This document shows, one piece after another, positions 23,455 to 35,017 of a stretch of 64,000 nt of DNA. Positions within the stretch are counted from its first letter, which is position 1. Each line of letters opens with the position of its first letter. Origin of the DNA: Eukaryota sp. TZLM1-RC (Eukaryota > Protista > Metamonada: BaSk clade); the NCBI GenBank assembly GCA_040285825.1, contig JAUPSS010000003.1, positions 1,798,001-1,862,000 on the forward strand, in the 5' to 3' direction. Under the pieces are notes generated by a model. The model was not told the origin of the DNA. It saw nothing but the letters and a program-made list of their open reading frames with translations, and did not search any database. Made by a program: the position numbers and the translations under genes.

Positions 23455-24625
23455 TACTGTAAAAGGATTGACCGACTGATAACTTTAGATATAAAAAAAC
23501 ATATCAAATTCACTATTATAAGACTGTGTTTTAGTTCCAATTTTAATCATATATTTCGATCTACAAATCTTCTTGTCACTAGACCTTTGGCTCAGAAGTT
23601 TAATGAATTACGTGCAAAAGTTTTGTCACAATTACTGGGATGTAAAATGTTCATAATTCCAGATCATGATTATGTTAGTCCACATTAGGGGGGTTTAGGC
23701 TGGACAAAGGCTTCTATTCTTACTGCATGTGCTTTTATTGGAAGATGCAGATATGCAATATTTAAGTTTTCTGAGAATCATTCAATGGCATTATTCCGGA
23801 GAAGAATTATTTAAATTTAAAATACACTCTTCGAACATTACAGTAACGATTGACTGGAATGTATGAAAATGATTCTTATAATGATGTATGGAGGTCGGCT
23901 GTTTTAAATCAAGATTTTCACTCATTGTAATTGGAAAAGGGTGTTTGTGAAAACCAGCCATCAGATTCTTCACTGTTGGTAACCTTTGTACCACGAAGAT
24001 TTGGGTTGTGTGCCACTAATGAAGCATTTGTAACAAAAATGAGATTATATTTGAATCTCCCCATTAATCAATTATTATCAAAAGAAAAATGTATTTATTC
24101 GAATTTACCTAAGCTCATTTTGTGCTCTAAATTGTTCGAAATTGATAACTTATCGTTTTTCATTACATGATGCTGTTAGAGAAACAGTTTTCAATATGGC
24201 ACAAACTGCAAGAATATCGTGTATCAAAGAGCCCCTGCTGAAGGAAACACTTTCTCTGAATAATTTTGGTTCTGAATGATAGAGGTGATGTATACTTCGA
24301 TTGGACTGATAATTCTGAAGCTATTGTTGACTTTGTCTCATGTAATGTTGCAAATGATACTTTGGTTCACAGAAGAAAACTTAATCCTGTGGCTGCTCTG
24401 GATTTTAAAGCAAAAGAAAAACATAGAAAATATGATAAAGATATTGAAGAGGCTAATGTCGATAGAAATACACAGCTGGTTTTTATTGCTTTCCCATTTT
24501 CGATAAATGGAAGATTATCAGTTGAAGCAGAAACTTTGTTGAATGACTTCCAAAAAATGGTGCAAGAAAAAACAATGAGAAGATTTGATATATTTTTATG
24601 GCGTTCACGGATTCAATTTGCCATA
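23455..24625 (+). mobile_element. RLE non-LTR family B, diverged truncated copy
   Basis: IKKHIKFTIIRLCFSSNFNHIFRST, DRGDVYFDW, KAKEKHRKY; stops, frameshifts and an internal deletion. Confidence 0.85.
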
Positions 24626-24895
24626 CAATATGAAATACAAGGTTTTAGCCAACAATAAATGTTTCAAATCATCAATAATCCCAGATTGATTTGGCAAACT
24701 TGTTTTTTACTGGAAAATTATCAATAAAAACAAATCTACAATGAACAGATGAATAGAATCCATTTGAAAGAAATTGAAAAAGCGTTTCAATATCAAGGTT
24801 TTGGAAATTGGCAAAATATAGTTCAGCTTTGTACAATAGGAATAAATGTCAACAAATTCATTGAATAATTTTTTGAAGTTATTTTTACCGATAAT

Positions 24896-25566
24896 ACTTT
24901 GGCTTTATTTATTGAATTTGCACACTTGATTAAATTAAATCATAACTAATGGGACGACTATCATTAAACCAAGATTTCCTCTACAAAATCTTGATTTGCT
25001 TGCTGTCTAGCTAAAGCTTCTCTAATTCGATTGAAAAACCGCGGTAATCTATTAATAATGGCAAATTGAATCCGTGAACGCCATAAAAAAATATCAAATC
25101 TTTTCATTGTTTTTTCTTTCACCATTTTTTGGAAGTCATCCAAAAAAGTTTCTGCTTCAACTGATAATCTTCCATTTATCGAAAATGGGAAAGCAATAAA
25201 AACCAGCTGTGTATTTCTATCGAGATTTGCATCTTCAATTTCTTTATCATATTTTCTATGTTTTTCTTTTGCTTTAAAATCCAGAGTAGCCACAGGATTA
25301 AGTTTTCTTCTGCGAACCAAAGTATCGTTTGCAACATTACATGAGACAAAGTCAACAATAGCTTCAGAATTATCAATCCAATCACAGTATACATCACCTC
25401 TATCATCAGAACCAAAATTATTCAGAGAAAGTGTTTCTTTCAGAAGGGGCTCCTTGATACACGATATCCTTGCAGTTTGTGCCATATTGAAAACAGTGTC
25501 TCTAACAGCATCATGTAGTGAAGAACGATAAGTTATCAATTTAGAGCAATTTAGAGCATGGCGCAA
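24896..25566 (-). mobile_element. RLE non-LTR family B, 5'-truncated, 9-bp TSD
   Basis: Near-identical to other family B 3' ends (QDFVEEILV, 3' UTR to AATAAA); ACCGATAAT at 24887-24895 and 25567-25575. Confidence 0.9.
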
Positions 25567-26239
25567 ACCGATAATGCAAACGAATCTAAATATTCTGAAA
25601 AATTTTATCTTGTAATCCTTTCCATACATTTAAGATATAAATTTCGAACACTTTCAGGTATTGTAGGAAAACAAACATTATGGAAATATAACATAACCTT
25701 ACCTCGAAAAATTTCAATAGTAGACTTTGAAATTACCCTGAATTGAGACTTTGACATTATGAATAGCATCAGTGTCCTCTTCCAAAGTGGATAAACTAGC
25801 AGTAAACCACCTGGGGTATTGGGAACGTTTTGAAATGCTGATGAGATAAGCTGATGAATTGTTGAAACAGTCGGTCAATTGTTGAAAAAATTGTATCAGC
25901 TGCAGTGGTGTTCAACAGGAATGCCTAGAAGGAACATTGAGATGTCTTAACAGTTAGTGGTTGGTGACAACGCAGTCATAAATTGTTTGTTCTATATGTT
26001 GGCTTGAATACAATTAGTGCTTTTTGCTGATAGAAAAGATAGAGACATGCTACATTTTTTAGCATTTGAGTCTCAACGAAGTTAAGATGAAATCCAAGAA
26101 TTCATTATTGAAATAATAAAATGAAGTGTTGAGGACCATAAAACCGAAAAACTGGAAGTTTTTCAGTGGAAGGGGAAATCACTCAGCAGTTGCTTCCTCA
26201 CAAGGCCCTGTCTTATTTTTTCAGATATCACACACAGCA

Positions 26240-27316
26240 ATGACGCTGCCAGAACTCAAGGATGATTATGGTTTTCCTTTAACCCCTGATCAACATCAAT
26301 TTTATCAGCAGTACTCTTCCTACGACACTCAGCTTAAGCGTAAATGGGACAAGTTCCTTACTAAGCATTCCTCCCCGGATGATTATTTTAAAGGTGCCTA
26401 TAGACGTAATTGTTCTACTCTTAAATCATTATGTCGACAAGGAATACCCATGGAATACCGGAAGCCAGTTTATCTTCGAATAACTGGTGCTTTAAGCCGT
26501 CAATTGTCCAATAAAACATATTATCAAAACTTATGTACCAAGAATCATCTTCGGCGCTCTACCGCCTCTGACCAGATCGATCTTGACTTGGACCGCACCT
26601 TTCCTGAACATGAGTCTTTCCAAACCGATGTCTATAGAGTTCGTCTTCGTCGTGTCCTGACCTCCTTTGCCTACAAAGACAGAGACATTGGTTATGTCCA
26701 GTCGCTCAACTATCTTGTTGGAATGCTCCTCTTGGTAATGGAAGAAGAGCAGGCATTTTGGGTGCTCGTTGCTGTTATCGAAGACTATCTCCCCCGTGAG
26801 TATTTTTCTTCAAACCTACTCTCAGTAATGACTGATCAACGTGTCCTCTCTTCTCTTTGCCAGTCTAAACTGGGATCTGAGTTTATGGATCATTTAGCTA
26901 ACTGTGGTTGCCCACTGGATTTGATTACAACGGACTGGTTTATGTGTCTCTTTACAAAAACTCTGACTTCGCATTGTGTCTTTAGAATATGGGATGCCTT
27001 TTTCTATGAGGGTTCAAAAATCATCTTTAGATTTGCACTAGCTATTTTGAAACTAAGTAAGCAACGAATATTAGAGGCCACTGATATTGTTAAAATATCT
27101 GCAATTATCAATTCATTTTCTACTTTTGTATATGATCCGAATGTGTTGTCCAAGGTTGCCTTTAACAAAATTGGCTCTTTTCCAATGAGAGTGGTCAGTG
27201 AGCTGCGTCATTCACATAGAGGAAGCGTACGAAATGATTTGCTAAAAAGTCAGCAAATGAGAGAGAAAATGAAGAAGAAAGCTTGTCCTGTACCCCCTCA
27301 GCCAATGGTTAGTTGA
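26240..27316 (+). CDS. TBC-domain Rab GTPase-activating protein (GRTP1-like)
   Basis: DDYGF, RQGIP, QIDLDLDRTFP (R-finger), GYVQSLNY (Q-finger), RIWDAFFYEG; first ATG at 26240. Confidence 0.93.
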   Translation: MTLPELKDDYGFPLTPDQHQFYQQYSSYDTQLKRKWDKFLTKHSSPDDYFKGAYRRNCSTLKSLCRQGIPMEYRKPVYLRITGALSRQLSNKTYYQNLCTKNHLRRSTASDQIDLDLDRTFPEHESFQTDVYRVRLRRVLTSFAYKDRDIGYVQSLNYLVGMLLLVMEEEQAFWVLVAVIEDYLPREYFSSNLLSVMTDQRVLSSLCQSKLGSEFMDHLANCGCPLDLITTDWFMCLFTKTLTSHCVFRIWDAFFYEGSKIIFRFALAILKLSKQRILEATDIVKISAIINSFSTFVYDPNVLSKVAFNKIGSFPMRVVSELRHSHRGSVRNDLLKSQQMREKMKKKACPVPPQPMVS

Positions 27317-27795
27317 TGGTTTTTCGAGGGGTGTTTTTTGGGCTTCAATTCTTGTACTTTTTGTTTAGCTTGTTTTCAATTTGTTAATCATTTTGTTGTT
27401 TTAGTTGAGTGTATTTGATTTGTTTATTGTTATTCTGTATTTAAATGTAAAGTTTGTCTATTTTTTCATCAAGGCATCTCAGATTAGACCATTCAATTAA
27501 TTTATTGATAAACTTTAAAGATTCTATAAATGGTAATAAGATTGTTAGAAAAGATAATACTTTAAACTTTGAACACATGTTTTGATCTCTCACCTCTAGA
27601 TTGCTGATAATGCTTTGTGCTAGAAGTTTTGTTTAACTGATAATTGTTTCAAAATAACATAGTTATTAAAACAAAGTCAATTAAAATCTTATCGAAAATT
27701 CCGTTTAACAAAACTTGCTATAGGAGGTACCAGAAAATCAAAAAAAACTAATAAATACTAAAAACAATCGTAAAAAAACAATTTTATGTACAAAT

Positions 27796-28947
27796 TTACG
27801 AGATGAACAAAGTGAAAAAAGCAGAAAGAAACCGTAGTCTGCTTGAAAACCGAGGATTAAGCTTGTTTAAATTCTGGGACCTATCCACGAAACTCAACAC
27901 AAGCGCAACTACAAACAAGCTAAACTTTCGAATTAAAGAAATTGGACCAAAAAAGCAAACAACGCCGCCTACAAGATAAAGAGAAAAAGCCACATTAAAA
28001 AAGAAAGAAAAACCAAGATGATCTCTACAGCACCACACAATAAACAATGAACAAAAACGAACCAGTAACGTAATAATTCTTGTTTTAAACACCGCAGATT
28101 CGAACATTTCATCAACTGAATATACTCCACTACGCACAATCAATAGCTCCTTCTGTCCATGCTTAACTGGAACAACTTCGCCTCTATCAAGGCTGCCAAT
28201 TATCGAGATGGGATGACCAGAGGGAATTGATTCGAATGAAGTTCTGATATCTCCTGCATTACAGTTACTGAAAAGCTTGGAGAAGAAGGAAAAAGAGGGT
28301 GATGCAAGTTGGGAAAAGCTGAAGAGGAGATCTTCCAAAATGGATGGTGTATGTGCTGAATAGAAATGTCCATCCACAAGATGTTTGAAACCAAGGTCCT
28401 GGTATGCTTGTGAATTATAAAAGGCATCCTCGAAGTGTGGTTCTGCCGCAGAGAACTTAGAAAGTTGGGAAAGGATCTTCTCTGAGATACGGATTTTACC
28501 AACATGAGCAACAGAGGCTGTGGACGTGTAGTCATCTATATAAGGTCGTGCAGGGTTATGGTGAGTAGGATCATGGAAAAAGAGTGATTCAATTTGGTGA
28601 GGTTTCCAGCCTAGGTTGTAGGTGTATGTAGTTGTATCAGATTCGCCTTCTTCAGTGCTGGTAATGGCAATTTCTGACCATTGACAGTATTCTGTAGTGC
28701 GCTTGAGGCGGATAGCATTGGGGAAATAGACGCCAAAAAAATCATCAACAACTTCCTCGTCAGAATGTACTGGTCCAGTAAAATGAACAATGGGATACGA
28801 AGATGAAGTGTTAATATCAAAAGGATCAATTGTTTGACATAACGGTTTTAATTTCTGTCGAGTATCTAAAGATAGTTTGTAACGCTGTTCTGTAAACGAT
28901 AGAAGTGCAATGTAGAGACCAAGTAGAACAACTGGAGCAAGGCGCAT
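27796..28947 (-). CDS. TMEM43/DUF1625-like membrane protein
   Basis: N-terminal TM; VHFTG..DDFFGV..LKRTTEYCQWSE..HHNP..GDIRTSF; C-terminal TM helices. Confidence 0.8.
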   Translation of the reverse strand: MRLAPVVLLGLYIALLSFTEQRYKLSLDTRQKLKPLCQTIDPFDINTSSSYPIVHFTGPVHSDEEVVDDFFGVYFPNAIRLKRTTEYCQWSEIAITSTEEGESDTTTYTYNLGWKPHQIESLFFHDPTHHNPARPYIDDYTSTASVAHVGKIRISEKILSQLSKFSAAEPHFEDAFYNSQAYQDLGFKHLVDGHFYSAHTPSILEDLLFSFSQLASPSFSFFSKLFSNCNAGDIRTSFESIPSGHPISIIGSLDRGEVVPVKHGQKELLIVRSGVYSVDEMFESAVFKTRIITLLVRFCSLFIVWCCRDHLGFSFFFNVAFSLYLVGGVVCFFGPISLIRKFSLFVVALVLSFVDRSQNLNKLNPRFSSRLRFLSAFFTLFIS

Positions 28948-29141
28948 TGGAAATTAAGACAAATTTCTGTTTTTTAATGAAGAGAAATTTCCTATGCAGC
29001 AATCTCGTGTTACTTCAATATCAGTAATCAATATACATGGCGTTATGAGCAAGACAAAGGTGAGTGTACAAAGACATTAAACCGAAAATTCGAAATTAGG
29101 ATTAAAAATCTTTATAATTTTTTGGCAGAGTACATTAATCA

Positions 29142-32100
29142 ATGTCTACATTGTCTGCGAGTGACCCTGGTATGTCATTCACACTCACACTCATGGAAGA
29201 ATCTGCTTGGTCTGGTGTCAAAAAATACTCTGCTTATGTTGATGCTATTAACAATGCCCTCACATACTTCTTAAAGTCCAAGGATTGGACTGACCTTATC
29301 AAAGCCATTAAGCGTATACAAACCATATTCGAGTCATCCCGCTATTCTCATCTCAAGTTCATACCACACAAACACCTTCTTGCTAAACGAATAGCCCAGT
29401 CCTTTTCTCCAGCACTTCCTTCTGGGGTTCATCTCCACGCTATTTCCCTCCTTGATCTCATTTTCTCACGTATAGGCGACGCTCTCTGCACTGAGTTCCA
29501 TATCTACTCCGTTGGTCTTCTTCCTCTCGCCCTCCATTGTGCTACACCCGTCAAACTTCCCCTCATCAACCTCTTCTCCACCCATCTCCTCCCTCTGGGT
29601 ATGTCCCTCTCTCCTTTTCTGCCTGCACTTTTAGCCGCTTTGTTCCCCGGAATCGAGGAAGAAAGCTCGGAAAACTACCAAGAAACGTTAGATCTTATCA
29701 CATCCTTCAAAAATATAGACGAAAGTCTGTTCATTTCCTCCACATTTAGAGCTATCACATCATCTCCCCCTTGCCGTTATTCCGCCCTTCTCTATCTCAC
29801 TCAGTACTATAAAGACAAGGGCATTAAGAATGTTGTTTTCGAGGACCCTGCTGATATCCATCTCAGTAGCCATTCGCTTGAAAATTGTCTTTATTCAGAT
29901 AACACGCTAGTTCAAAGGGCTGCTCTGGACTTGTTGGTCGCCAATTTTTATCTTTCTGAAACTGTTTTTTCAACAGAAACGCTGGTTTCTTTGTTTAAAG
30001 CTGCTTGTTTGTGTCTTTGTAAGCGTGAGTTGTCGTTAACTAGGAGAATATGGAAATGGATTCTTGGAGATTCTGAAGATTATTTTGAGCTATATTCTAA
30101 GAAAATATTGTTGACCTGCATAGACCAGTTATTTACCTCTGACAAGGTTATTTGCCAGGCAACCGATGACGTGGCTTATTTGGTATCTCCGTACCAAGTC
30201 TGTGAATATTTGCTATCCAAATCGGAAATTGCAAACGTGATTCTAACCCCATGTCTACGACACGTCATCAATCACGTGTACGAATGCCTTTTTTCTAACC
30301 CTGATAGTTTATTTGGGTGTTTTGATAGTGATTATGAATTCAGAAGCAGCGTTTTGGATGGGTTTGTCGCTCTAATTCGTAATTTAAATGTGTCTGTTTT
30401 GTGGAAAAGTATCCAAGACATTTCAGAAGAGCTCATCCAATCAAAAATGATTGATCAATGGGCTAGAATGATTGATGTTTTAACTAAAATAGTCTCTCTG
30501 CTTCCAATTTATTGTAACGATTCCCACACTTATTCCAGTTTCTTCAGCTTTATATTCACTAGCGCAAAGAATTTATCATCTCTATTAACCAGTAATTCCG
30601 AGTCTGAAATTCCTAATTTTTCACCCACCATTTCTAATATTCTTTGTTTATTTAATTATTGTTTTTCTGTAATGTGGGGCTCCATGGATACTTCAACCCT
30701 AACCGTACCACCTTCTGTTCCTCATTGGTATAAGAAGGAATTATACGAGGTGTCACGGGCTCAGAATTCAGAGGAAATTTTGGAGAAGAGCTCACAGGAA
30801 GATCAATATAGGGAAATTTTCGATGAGTATTGCTTATTGATCTGTAGTATTCTTTCCCCCGAAACTCCTCCCTTTTCTAACCCCTTGTTGCAATCAATCA
30901 CGTCATCATTTCAGGTTATTACGTCATATCAGAGTCTACAATGGACTGGCCATTCTACAGTTGGTAGTATCATCAATCATTTAATTACCACAATTTCAGA
31001 TTCTGATCCCAACTTGTCAATCACCTGTCTGTCATGTCTAATCACGTTACAGTTAAGAACCCCCCAGATCACGTCACTAGTTTCCCCTCACAGTGAGCTC
31101 ATTATCAAAACATTATGGTCCTTCTTGAAACCTTCAAAATCACTTTTCCACCGTAAAGCATCAACTCTTTTATCATCAATGGATAGGCTATACCCTTCCG
31201 AAACTTCCTCTATCATCCTAAACGTTCTCAATTCTACCGAAATTGAAACAAAAATATCTTCAATGCAAATGTTTGCTACTTTGTGGAATTACAGCACGCT
31301 TTGTTTAAATGTTACTGCAGGTTTATTCAATAGGCCTTTGTTTACAATGCTAGAGGCTGTTTACTCGGATAACGCAAATATTAGGTCAATTGCTGTTAAC
31401 TTTTGCGTGAACAGTTGCCACTCCGGTCACATTTCGTCTATTTTGGATCCTCTGATCTCTATTCTACTCGATGACACGTGTTCAATTGTAGACGGGTCTC
31501 TTGAATTTTCTTGTATTTTTGATTTTGATCGTATTCTCTACGCGATTAGAACCTTGGATCATTTGATTAAGAAAATTTGGAGTGTCAATAGAAGTAGTCT
31601 CACTAGTGAAGTGTCTGTCAAAGTAGATTCACTGTACAAATTATCTACTGTTTATGGCAATACCCCCCACAAAAGCAAACTAAACTACCAAAATCCAACT
31701 GACCCTAGTAATTATTTTGAACTTCTTCTTCTAACCGCTTTAAAGTTTATTGATGCCAAATGTCCAAAGTCTTGGTCTATTTCAGACGTCAATAGTAAAT
31801 CTGCTGTTTCACTTGCTGCAATGGACTTTTTTTCTGATTTGGCTTCTATTTTTATTAAAATTAAATCCGAAAGACATTCTAAATCCTTGTTGAATCCGAC
31901 TAAATCAGTATTAAGTCTTTTTAAATCATGTTTCAGACCAAGGAGTATTTGCTATTTTAATAGAAGCGTTTTGGAAAATGATTCTCAAAATTTATTAATA
32001 GCAATTAGGCTTATCACCAGCGTATTGGAAGTAACTGAGGGATATAGCAGTGCTGATGACGTTTCCAATCAATCATCTTTGATTGATAGTCCGATTGAGT

Positions 32101-34922
32101 TGATTGAAGAGCATGAGAACACCGTGTCCAACATTACCGCAATCAACACGTCACCAACTGATAGTCAACAAGAGTCAACGGAAACCGCTCAAAACAACGA
32201 TTCAACCTCCCCATTAGCTCCTCCCTCTCCTTTATCACACACATTTGGCTCTCCAAGGTCCGATTCCACTGCTTCTCATGGTACAGTGCATGATAGCTCA
32301 ACCTTGGATGAGGTTCGATTGTTGTGTCATACCTTGACAAATTCCCTTGTATCAACTCTTGATGTCTCAATTGTTCGATCACTTACACTATTTTGTCAAT
32401 CACTAGTCCCTGTAGGTGGAGAGTTTTCTGTCTACTTCACCAGCTGTGGTCTTGTTGGCTCTAATTCAGCATTGATAATGTTATTAAAAAAGCAAAGCAT
32501 TGTTGTGCAGCAGCAGGAACGTGTTTTATTGTTGTTAGAATTAATTCGAAGTATAGTAGAATTCGTTGAATCGAACGGTCTCGTGACCTCTGATGACTCT
32601 GGTGGCGTTTTTGACATTGTTACAGACACAATTGCTGCACCTTTCAAGTTTATAGGGGGTGTGGTTGGTGGTATTTTCACTGATACTTCTAGTACAAGTA
32701 GGAGTGATAAGTCTATCACATTAGGTCCCTGTCAGGAAGTTGTTAATTTCTATCTATCAAAATTAACCGAAACTTTGATTTATCTATATGGAATGAGCAT
32801 TGATCAGCTAGATTACAGTGATTTTGCCATTAAGTTTGAGATTGTTATTATTGGCAGAATCCTTAATAAATACATACCCCAAGCCTATACCTCTTGTCTA
32901 TCAAAGCTATGGTTTGTGTTTATGTCCTCAAAGCCTTTCAGCGGGTGTTCCTTTTCCAACACCAAAACTTCATTACTTACACCGCAGCAGAAAGCATTGT
33001 TACATCTCTGTACGCATGAGATTTTACTATCACTGTCAGATGGGAACAATCCAGAATTGGTTTCATTAGATTTGATTGTTTCAAATATTACTGATACACT
33101 CATATCTACTAAACGTAGAAGTAACAAAACTTCTTTTGAATCAATCAATCAATTTGGGTCAGGAACTTTCCAGAATGATGACGTGCAGATTGAGCTTCCT
33201 GTCGATGGTGACGTCACCCAAACACCCTCCCATCAACGCTCTGAAAGTAGTTCCATCCTAGCTGATGAGTTGTGTAAGTCAAGCCTGTCTATTCGAGCTA
33301 TTGAACTTGGTTTCGTTCATTTTGCCTCCTGTTTAATGTTTTCACTTCTTAATACTCTGACGGACTCTCATCTCTCAGACTTTGTCGAGAAGTGTCAGAC
33401 AGTTGTCTTGAATCCTGTTGACTTGCCACGTGTCAGTTTTTCAGGACTTGGGAATTTAGATATTCGGGACAAATCTTTAATTATGGAAAGTTTCAAGTCA
33501 TTAACTTGTAATTTCCTTTCTGTTGCAAGTATATTTTCTTCAGGGTCAACAGCAGCTTCCTCAATCAGTGTCGTTTTTGACTGTCTCTGTTGCCTTTTAA
33601 TCTCTGGCAGTCACATTGCCTCAACCTTTAAAACTGAATCTGATGTCCTGAGTCTATTGAAATCCAACGACTTTTTTGATAATTTTGGTAAAATCACCAC
33701 ATTAATGGCTTCCATCGCACATCGCTCTTATTCATTTTCCCCTGCCAAACTCACCTCCTCCCTCGCTGCCAATGAAGATGGGGTTCGTTTGTTCTTCCAG
33801 GTATCAGCCATTGAGAAGTTTACTCGTGTGTGGCCTATTGTTTTAGATTGTGGATTGTTAGGAGATTCTTCCACTGCATTGGTCAATGGACTTCTTGAGA
33901 AATTCATGCCAAAAATGTTCACAGAAGCTCAAAATCACTCTCCATATGCAATCAAATTATTAAACGCAATCAAATTTGATAGTAGAGCGAGTTCAACACT
34001 CAAACAAAAAGTTTTGGATCTTTTTAATGATGATCACTTTTTCCATAAAACTAATACATGCCTCTCAAACTGGACTTTCCTCATCAACCACTGTATTTCC
34101 AACCCCTTTGCCCAGATCAGTGGTGATGCCGCTGTTTCGCAGTTTGTAAATGCTTTAAATTCCATTTACCCACCAAGAATGATGTATTTATCCAATGTCT
34201 CTGAATCTCGGAACAGAGTTGGGTTTATTTACAGGCTAGCTTTTCTTTTATTTAGTGGGGAGTATAACGCTTTTTCTAATAAGGTTGGGGTTGTATTGGA
34301 AAAAGTAATGGATTTGCTATCAAGGCATGGTAAAGGTAGCGCTAACATCACCATTGCTTGTTTACTCTGTCTTCGATGTCTACTAGCTCGTGTTTCGCAT
34401 CAACATTTACGATGCCACTGGGGTTCAATTACGCCTGAAATCATTAGAGTTTGCTCTTCACAGTCACCTTACACTCTGTTGCTGGCTGTAGCGAAATTTT
34501 TGGATATTTTGCTGGTCGTTTCACCAGAAGATTTAATATTTCACCAATGGATTTTCTTCAAGGATTTGCTCCTTTCGCGTGTTCAGTACGATGGTCATTT
34601 ACCTTGCGTTTCTTCAATAGCAAACTCTTTGGACACGGTTGACAATATGGAAATTGATAACAGCGTACTAACCCTCCGCTCACCCCTCATTACCTCCCCT
34701 GTCTTGACTGATGAAAATGACGCCCAAGCTGCTCTGATGTCCATTATTCCAGCCTTAGTTCGTCATGCTACCGTCGAGTGCTCTCTGGAACGTAGCATTG
34801 ATCATCGAGCTATTGACAAGAGTATCTTACTTGATTTTGTGGAAGGAGAAAATCTAGTGGTTCCAGTAAATAGCCAGGTAGAATGGAAATGTTTTGCTGC
34901 TGAGCTTTATTGTAAGGAATAG
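29142..34922 (+). CDS. DOP1: Dopey/DOP1 family trafficking protein
   Basis: Dopey_N motifs DWTDLI, LAKRIAQSFSPALPSGVHL, LFPGIEEE, VQRAALDLL, LTRRIWKW; C-terminal RLAFLLFSGE..AKFLD; 1926 aa. Confidence 0.93.
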   Translation: MSTLSASDPGMSFTLTLMEESAWSGVKKYSAYVDAINNALTYFLKSKDWTDLIKAIKRIQTIFESSRYSHLKFIPHKHLLAKRIAQSFSPALPSGVHLHAISLLDLIFSRIGDALCTEFHIYSVGLLPLALHCATPVKLPLINLFSTHLLPLGMSLSPFLPALLAALFPGIEEESSENYQETLDLITSFKNIDESLFISSTFRAITSSPPCRYSALLYLTQYYKDKGIKNVVFEDPADIHLSSHSLENCLYSDNTLVQRAALDLLVANFYLSETVFSTETLVSLFKAACLCLCKRELSLTRRIWKWILGDSEDYFELYSKKILLTCIDQLFTSDKVICQATDDVAYLVSPYQVCEYLLSKSEIANVILTPCLRHVINHVYECLFSNPDSLFGCFDSDYEFRSSVLDGFVALIRNLNVSVLWKSIQDISEELIQSKMIDQWARMIDVLTKIVSLLPIYCNDSHTYSSFFSFIFTSAKNLSSLLTSNSESEIPNFSPTISNILCLFNYCFSVMWGSMDTSTLTVPPSVPHWYKKELYEVSRAQNSEEILEKSSQEDQYREIFDEYCLLICSILSPETPPFSNPLLQSITSSFQVITSYQSLQWTGHSTVGSIINHLITTISDSDPNLSITCLSCLITLQLRTPQITSLVSPHSELIIKTLWSFLKPSKSLFHRKASTLLSSMDRLYPSETSSIILNVLNSTEIETKISSMQMFATLWNYSTLCLNVTAGLFNRPLFTMLEAVYSDNANIRSIAVNFCVNSCHSGHISSILDPLISILLDDTCSIVDGSLEFSCIFDFDRILYAIRTLDHLIKKIWSVNRSSLTSEVSVKVDSLYKLSTVYGNTPHKSKLNYQNPTDPSNYFELLLLTALKFIDAKCPKSWSISDVNSKSAVSLAAMDFFSDLASIFIKIKSERHSKSLLNPTKSVLSLFKSCFRPRSICYFNRSVLENDSQNLLIAIRLITSVLEVTEGYSSADDVSNQSSLIDSPIELIEEHENTVSNITAINTSPTDSQQESTETAQNNDSTSPLAPPSPLSHTFGSPRSDSTASHGTVHDSSTLDEVRLLCHTLTNSLVSTLDVSIVRSLTLFCQSLVPVGGEFSVYFTSCGLVGSNSALIMLLKKQSIVVQQQERVLLLLELIRSIVEFVESNGLVTSDDSGGVFDIVTDTIAAPFKFIGGVVGGIFTDTSSTSRSDKSITLGPCQEVVNFYLSKLTETLIYLYGMSIDQLDYSDFAIKFEIVIIGRILNKYIPQAYTSCLSKLWFVFMSSKPFSGCSFSNTKTSLLTPQQKALLHLCTHEILLSLSDGNNPELVSLDLIVSNITDTLISTKRRSNKTSFESINQFGSGTFQNDDVQIELPVDGDVTQTPSHQRSESSSILADELCKSSLSIRAIELGFVHFASCLMFSLLNTLTDSHLSDFVEKCQTVVLNPVDLPRVSFSGLGNLDIRDKSLIMESFKSLTCNFLSVASIFSSGSTAASSISVVFDCLCCLLISGSHIASTFKTESDVLSLLKSNDFFDNFGKITTLMASIAHRSYSFSPAKLTSSLAANEDGVRLFFQVSAIEKFTRVWPIVLDCGLLGDSSTALVNGLLEKFMPKMFTEAQNHSPYAIKLLNAIKFDSRASSTLKQKVLDLFNDDHFFHKTNTCLSNWTFLINHCISNPFAQISGDAAVSQFVNALNSIYPPRMMYLSNVSESRNRVGFIYRLAFLLFSGEYNAFSNKVGVVLEKVMDLLSRHGKGSANITIACLLCLRCLLARVSHQHLRCHWGSITPEIIRVCSSQSPYTLLLAVAKFLDILLVVSPEDLIFHQWIFFKDLLLSRVQYDGHLPCVSSIANSLDTVDNMEIDNSVLTLRSPLITSPVLTDENDAQAALMSIIPALVRHATVECSLERSIDHRAIDKSILLDFVEGENLVVPVNSQVEWKCFAAELYCKE

Positions 34923-35017
34923 ATTTTTTTGATGTATAAATTGATTTTTTTGAACAGTTGTATTTCTTGTATTTCTATAACACTTTGATATTGGTGACAT
35001 TTTTTGTATTTAACCAA

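Noticed and set aside
24276-24506. Recurrent 76-79 aa ORF (MVLMIEVMYTVIGL...) at 24276, 25176, 36366, 46550 and 50124
   Set aside because: Alternative-frame shadow of the family B RLE domain; it recurs only because the copies are near-identical.
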